Assembly: GCA_963845535.1 (NCBI GenBank) | Contig: CAWJSK010000012.1 | Span: forward strand, 32,001 to 96,000 | Length of the DNA: 64,000 nucleotides | Reading direction: 5' to 3' | From: an uncultured Spirochaetota bacterium | Lineage (GTDB): Bacteria; Spirochaetota; Spirochaetia; SZUA-6; Fen-1364 | Shown here: piece by piece, positions 59,319 through 64,000 of the stretch | How the letters are laid out: each line of letters begins with the position of its first letter | How positions within the stretch are numbered: the stretch's first letter is position 1 | Position numbers and translations under genes: made by a program | The notes under the pieces: model-generated | What the model was told of the DNA's origin: nothing | Databases searched by the model: none | Seen by the model: only the letters and a program-made list of their open reading frames with translations

Positions 59319-59350
59319 ATCTTTGCAGAGATGTGAATCTCTGCAAAGAT
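59319..59350. repeat. Perfect 14-bp inverted repeat in the DUF5107 leader
   Basis: ATCTTTGCAGAGAT-GTGA-ATCTCTGCAAAGAT; also an 18-bp-period direct repeat from 59312. Confidence 0.75.
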
Positions 59351-59374
59351 AAGGGCAAGCGAGTTGAATCGCCA

Positions 59375-59470
59375 ATGGACGATAATCCTCTGAAATGGAC
59401 GATTTTGCCGTTCTCGATAGATCGTCTCGAATCAGGGCAAGATTGTCCAGCTTTTCCAAATATTGTCCAT
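59375..59470. promoter_or_regulatory. Two oppositely oriented pairs of direct repeats, putative AraC-type activator sites
   Basis: ATGGACGAT at 59375 and 59395; ATTGTCCA at 59442 and 59462; both pairs have 20-bp spacing. Confidence 0.55.
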
Positions 59471-59657
59471 TTGCGCCGCCTATCGACTCACCTAAAATCA
59501 AGCCGTACTATCGGGGATTTCGCGGCCAGTGGCCACGAAGCGGTCAACGGCGTTCATCGCTCTCGGAGATATGGGCCGGAAGGGAGGTGGGGGGAAACAG
59601 AAGCACTGGAAACGATGGTCTTCGGTTTGCAATTTTCGAGATCAAGGAGGCAGGAAC

Positions 59658-61415
59658 ATGAAAAGAGGAATGGCATTTCGCAGGATCCTGGGCGTGGCGG
59701 TTTTTCTTTCTGCGGCTCTCTTCCTCATTGCAGCCGCTTCGGCCCAGACCTTGAAGGACGTCCCGCGCAACCGGACGCTCGTTCTGGGCTGGAGCATATC
59801 CTCTCCGATCGGGGTCACGAACCCCTGGGCCGTCCCCGGCTACACCCACCAGGAAGGCAACAACTTCATGTGGGAGCCCTTGTACTACTTCGCAATCTTC
59901 GCCGACAAGGAGATCCCCTGGCTTGCGGAGAGCATGAAGTATTCCAGTAACTATAGGGTGCTTACGATCAAAATGAACCCGAAGGCCATGTGGAGTGACG
60001 GAGTCCCGGTGACCTCCCGAGACGTCGTTTTCACCTTCGAAGGCCAGATGAAGAACGACAAGCTTCCGTACCACGCTCAGTTCGTGGAGTTCGTGAAGAG
60101 CGTGCGGGCCCCGGACAAGTCCACCGTCATCGTGACTTTCAAGGAGCCGTCTCCCCGGTTCATGTTCGAGGTGCTGGAGCTGAAGTTCGACACCGGCATC
60201 CCCATCGTCCCCGAGCACGTGCTGGCGCCGCAGACGGACGTGACCTCCTTCCCCGGGGGAAACGACATCCCTCACTCCGGGCCGTACAGCCTCGTGAGCT
60301 GGGACAAGAACCAGAAGATTTTCGATTTACGGCCGGACTGGTGGGCGGTCAAAGCCGGCTTGATCAAGACTCCTGACGTGAAGCGGATCGTCATGGTCAA
60401 CCTGGGGGGGCAGATCGGCCAGAATATGGATCTCGTGGCGCAGAGGATCGTCAACAACGAGTTCGACTGCGCCCTGGACATGAGGGCCTCCCTCATCTCC
60501 AGCATCGTGAAGCAGAACCCCAAGGTCACCACGTACACGGGGGATCAATCGCCCTACGGGTACCTGGATTGGTGGCCAAACTCGATGTGGATGGACACGA
60601 AGCTTCCCCCGTATGATGACCCGAATATCCGCAGGGCAATTGCCTTGACGATTGATCGTGACACGATCAACAACGTTCTCTACGAAGGGGCCAAGATCGC
60701 AACGATCTATCCCTTCCCGCTCTACCCAGGGCTCGTGAAATTCGTCAACAGCCCCGCCGTGAAGGCCCTGGAAGAGAAGTATCAGCCCGGCAAGTTCGAC
60801 CTGGAGGAGAGCGCGAAGCTGATGCAGGACGCGGGCTACACTCTGAACGGCGACAAGCTGTGGGAGAAGGACGGAAAGACCGTGTCCGCCGTTCTCAATG
60901 CTTTCGAAGGGATCCATAGCGACATAGCGCCGGTGCTCGTGGAAATGCTCAGGAAAGGCGGCTTCGACGCTTCCGTGAACTTCGGCAACGACGCCATGCA
61001 GAATATGCTCGACGGCAAGGCCGGTCTTTACATGTGGGGCCACGGCGCCAGCATGAGGGACCCGTATGCCGCCCTGGAGCTGTTCCACGGGAAGTACAGC
61101 GCATCGATCGGAACCACTGCGGGATCCAACAGGTGGTCGCGCTATTCGAACCCCGCCTACGACAAGCTGATCGACGCCATGGCGCCTCTTGCCTCGGATG
61201 ACCCCAAGTTCCTCAGCCTTGCCGCCCAAGCGCTCGGGATTTACTGGAGGGACACAATCGACATCCCCATCATCCAGTGGCTGCACAGGATCCCCTACAA
61301 CCAGACCTATTGGACGAACTGGCCGACAAAGGACAACCTTGCCGCCGGAACCAACGGGGCATTCTGGGCTCAGACCGGCACGCTCGTCGTTACGGGCCTG
61401 AAGGCGGTTCAGTAG
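59658..61415 (+). CDS. ABC transporter substrate-binding protein, family 5 (Opp/Dpp-like, likely oligosaccharide)
   Basis: AGGAGG RBS; signal peptide; PWLAES, WSDGVPVTSRDVVFTF, GPY, PPYDDPNIRRAI. Confidence 0.9.
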   Translation: MKRGMAFRRILGVAVFLSAALFLIAAASAQTLKDVPRNRTLVLGWSISSPIGVTNPWAVPGYTHQEGNNFMWEPLYYFAIFADKEIPWLAESMKYSSNYRVLTIKMNPKAMWSDGVPVTSRDVVFTFEGQMKNDKLPYHAQFVEFVKSVRAPDKSTVIVTFKEPSPRFMFEVLELKFDTGIPIVPEHVLAPQTDVTSFPGGNDIPHSGPYSLVSWDKNQKIFDLRPDWWAVKAGLIKTPDVKRIVMVNLGGQIGQNMDLVAQRIVNNEFDCALDMRASLISSIVKQNPKVTTYTGDQSPYGYLDWWPNSMWMDTKLPPYDDPNIRRAIALTIDRDTINNVLYEGAKIATIYPFPLYPGLVKFVNSPAVKALEEKYQPGKFDLEESAKLMQDAGYTLNGDKLWEKDGKTVSAVLNAFEGIHSDIAPVLVEMLRKGGFDASVNFGNDAMQNMLDGKAGLYMWGHGASMRDPYAALELFHGKYSASIGTTAGSNRWSRYSNPAYDKLIDAMAPLASDDPKFLSLAAQALGIYWRDTIDIPIIQWLHRIPYNQTYWTNWPTKDNLAAGTNGAFWAQTGTLVVTGLKAVQ

Positions 61416-61520
61416 GGGACCGCTTGAGTCTTGTATGCGGCTGCCAACGCCACGGGCTCTGCCCTGTGGCGCCCCGGCAGCCGCTTGTTTTCAGGGGGAA
61501 AAACAGGAGGATCAGGCACC

Positions 61521-62519
61521 GTGAGGCTCATGTCAATTCTGCGGCGGCTGGGATTCCTCATACTGGTGATCTGGGCGGCATCGACAATCACATTCCTCAT
61601 CCCCCGCATTTCGCCCCGCAATCCCGTTCGAGAACGGTTCATGGAGCTGGCAAAAACGGGAGGATACTCTCCCGTCGACATGGAGAAGATCGTTGCCTCC
61701 TACAGCCAGAAGTTCGGATTGACCAAGCCGCTCTACCAGCAGTATTTCGACTATATTGGCTCCATTGCCCGGCTTGACCTGGGCGTTTCAATGAACAAGT
61801 TTCCCAAGACCGTCTGGCAGTTGCTCATGGAGTCTCTGCCCTGGACAATCGGGCTGCTCTTTGTCTCCACGGTCCTGTCATTCATCATCGGCAACTTTCT
61901 GGGGGCGGTGGCAGCCTGGCCGCGCTCTCCAAAGTGGCTGCGCGGGCTGGCCACCCCCTTTGTCCTGCTCATGGGCGTTCCGCCCGTGCTCATGGGGGTA
62001 TTTCTGCTCTTTTTTGTCGCATTCAAACTGAAGCTCCTGCCCATGGGAAATGCATACTCGATCGGCGTCATTCCCAACTGGTCCCTGAGCTTCGCCATAG
62101 ACATTCTCAAGCATCAGATCCTTCCCGCCTTGTCCCTCATTCTCGGGACGGTGGGCAGTTGGGTGCTGTCCATGCGGGGCATGGGCGTCACCATCCAGGG
62201 TGAAGATTACGTCCTCTTTGCGGAGCACAAGGGGTTGAACGGAAGGACGATCTTCCGGGATTACTACCTGCGCAACGCGCTCCTGCCCCAGGTCACCGGG
62301 CTTGCCCTTGCCGTCGGCACCATGGTGACCTCCGGAATCGTCATCGAGCAGTTCTATGGGCTGCCGGGGATCGGCTCCATGTTGTATGACGCCATCAAGG
62401 TGAATGATTTCCTCGTGATCTATGGGATCGTCCTTTTCATAACGATTGTCATTGCGGTCCTCATGGTCGTGGTGGAGATGCTCTATCCGCTCCTTGATCC
62501 GCGCGTGCGTCAGAAATGA
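61521..62519 (+). CDS. Opp/Dpp-type ABC permease (OppB-like)
   Basis: FGLTKPLYQQYFDY, DLGVS, EDYVLFAEHKGL, LRNALLP, LYPLLDPRVR. Confidence 0.92.
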   Translation: MRLMSILRRLGFLILVIWAASTITFLIPRISPRNPVRERFMELAKTGGYSPVDMEKIVASYSQKFGLTKPLYQQYFDYIGSIARLDLGVSMNKFPKTVWQLLMESLPWTIGLLFVSTVLSFIIGNFLGAVAAWPRSPKWLRGLATPFVLLMGVPPVLMGVFLLFFVAFKLKLLPMGNAYSIGVIPNWSLSFAIDILKHQILPALSLILGTVGSWVLSMRGMGVTIQGEDYVLFAEHKGLNGRTIFRDYYLRNALLPQVTGLALAVGTMVTSGIVIEQFYGLPGIGSMLYDAIKVNDFLVIYGIVLFITIVIAVLMVVVEMLYPLLDPRVRQK

Positions 62520-63427
62520 GGAACGCCATGTCCACGGCCCTTGCCTCTGACCAACAGAGCCTGATCCCCGGCCCGTTCCAGCTCACGCTCAGATACCTGC
62601 GTCGGAACAAGAGCCTGGCCATCGGAGTCTTTGTCGTTCTCCTTCTCACCGCGTTCACCGTGATCGGCCTGCTCACCATTGACGTGAGTCACGCGTATCC
62701 GCTTTCGGTGAAGCCGAAGCAGCCGCCGGGCGCGCAGTTCCTCCTGGGAACGGATTTTTTCGGCCGTGACCTCCTTGCGGAGATGGTGGTGGGCATGTGG
62801 CAGACCGCGCTGATCGGCGTCCTGGCGGGCGGCCTCGGCACCATCCTTGGGGTCATCCTCGGTTTCGTTTCCGCATATTTCGGCGGGCTCGTGGACGCGC
62901 TCATCAAGGGGACCTGCCAGATCCTGACTCCCATCCCGGTATTCCTGATCCAGGTGGTGATTGCCGGGTCCCTGGACAAACGGGACGTTACAATCTACAC
63001 GATGGCCTTCATTGTCCTGGCCCTGGGATGGATGTGGCCGACGCTGGTCATCCGTTCGCAGGTCCTCACAATGAAGGAAAGGCAGTTCGTTTCGGTGGCG
63101 AAGCTCTCCGGGCGGAACGACATGGGGATCATCTTCGCGGAGATCATGCCGAACCTGCTCCCTTTCATCGCGGCGGCATTCGTCGGACAGGTTTTCTCCG
63201 CCGTGTTCGCGTCGTTCTACCTCGCGGTGCTCGGCCTCGGACCGCTCCGCGAGCCTCTCCTGGGGAACATCATCTGGGCGGCCCAGTCGCAAGGGGCATT
63301 CTTCAACGGCTGGTGGTGGTGGCCCATCTGGCCCGCCATCGCCATGGTGCTCATCCTTGGCTCCCTGGCGCTCATCAACATGGGGCTGGACGAGCTGGCC
63401 AACCCTCGCGTAAGAAAGGTGGAGTGA
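62516..63427 (+). CDS. Opp/Dpp-type ABC permease (OppC-like)
   Basis: LLGTDFFGRD, IRSQVLTMKERQFV, EIMPNLLP, NPRVR. Confidence 0.92.
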   Translation: MRNAMSTALASDQQSLIPGPFQLTLRYLRRNKSLAIGVFVVLLLTAFTVIGLLTIDVSHAYPLSVKPKQPPGAQFLLGTDFFGRDLLAEMVVGMWQTALIGVLAGGLGTILGVILGFVSAYFGGLVDALIKGTCQILTPIPVFLIQVVIAGSLDKRDVTIYTMAFIVLALGWMWPTLVIRSQVLTMKERQFVSVAKLSGRNDMGIIFAEIMPNLLPFIAAAFVGQVFSAVFASFYLAVLGLGPLREPLLGNIIWAAQSQGAFFNGWWWWPIWPAIAMVLILGSLALINMGLDELANPRVRKVE

Positions 63428-63430
63428 CCC

Positions 63431-64000
63431 GTGGCGGAAACCCCGGTCCTTGAAGTCACGGATCTCCGCGTTTCCTATTACACCGACGCGGGACGCGCCA
63501 TTGCCCTGGACGGCGCAAGCCTGACGCTGCAGCCCGGGGAAAAGCTCGGGCTGGTGGGTGAGTCGGGCTCCGGCAAGAGCACAATGGCGCTGGCAATGAT
63601 GCGCATGATCAAGCCGCCGGGACGCATCGAAAGCGGCCGGGTGGTCGTGGCGGGGACGGACCTCATGAGCCTGACCGAGGAGGAGATGCTGCGGGCCCGG
63701 CTGAGCAGGATCGCCTACATCCCCCAGGGGGCCATGAACTCCCTCAATCCCGTCATGCGTGTCGGGGCCCAGATGGTGGACGCCATCAAGGCTCATGAGC
63801 CGCGCAGCTCGAAAGCGGACAGGGAGGAGCGTTCCCGTCAGACCCTGGAGTCCGTGGACCTCACGCGGAGCGTCTTCGAGATGTACCCGCATGAGCTGAG
63901 CGGCGGGATGAAGCAGAGGGTTTGCATTGCCATCGACATATTGCTGAAGCCCAACCTCATCATTGCGGATGAGCCTACCAGCGCCCTGGACGTGGTCACG
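63431..64000 (+). CDS. Opp/Dpp-type ABC ATP-binding protein (OppD-like), runs off the window end
   Basis: GTG 63431: VAETPVLEVTDLRV, GLVGESGSGKS, YPHELSGGMKQRV, IADEPTSALDVVT. Confidence 0.9.
   Translation, partial: MAETPVLEVTDLRVSYYTDAGRAIALDGASLTLQPGEKLGLVGESGSGKSTMALAMMRMIKPPGRIESGRVVVAGTDLMSLTEEEMLRARLSRIAYIPQGAMNSLNPVMRVGAQMVDAIKAHEPRSSKADREERSRQTLESVDLTRSVFEMYPHELSGGMKQRVCIAIDILLKPNLIIADEPTSALDVVT

Noticed and set aside
58295..59950. 551-aa plus-strand ORF spanning the divergent promoter
   Set aside because: Overlaps two well-supported genes and has no recognisable motifs

Overview
GC-rich bacterial chromosomal segment devoted mostly to carbohydrate and glycerol metabolism. The glycerol-3-phosphate acyltransferase type suggests a free-living Spirochaetia (inference only). 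Left to right: (1) 1-14.2 kb, a YesM/YesN-type two-component system with solute-binding proteins, a ribose-family ABC transporter, and a XylR-controlled operon of a GDP-mannose-3,5-epimerase-like enzyme, a frameshifted GHMP-like kinase and a tandem cytidylyltransferase; (2) 14.2-19.7 kb, an accessory zone opening with a 3'-half tRNA-Arg(CCU) att-like site and holding a decayed BrnT with intact BrnA, gene relics, an AbiEii-like nucleotidyltransferase coupled to an unknown small gene, and an ArsR-rhodanese/MFS pair; (3) 19.9-37.9 kb, a glycerol supercluster with an MCP-PhnD fusion chemoreceptor, dhaK, dhaL, a DhaM-HPr-EI fusion, GPAT, a 4x18-aa repeat microprotein, PgsA-like, a SorC regulator, a GlpA-like trio, glpD, glpK and glpF, with paired operator-like motifs at three promoters; (4) 38-48 kb, GntR, flavin oxidoreductase, sugar ABC transporter, epimerase and GH4; (5) 48-56 kb, transaldolase and a deoC-led catabolic operon; (6) 56-64 kb, a DUF5107-TPR protein divergent from an Opp/Dpp-type ABC transporter. 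No CRISPR array, rRNA, intact tRNA, integrase or transposase was recognised. All calls come from reading motifs; no database search was run.
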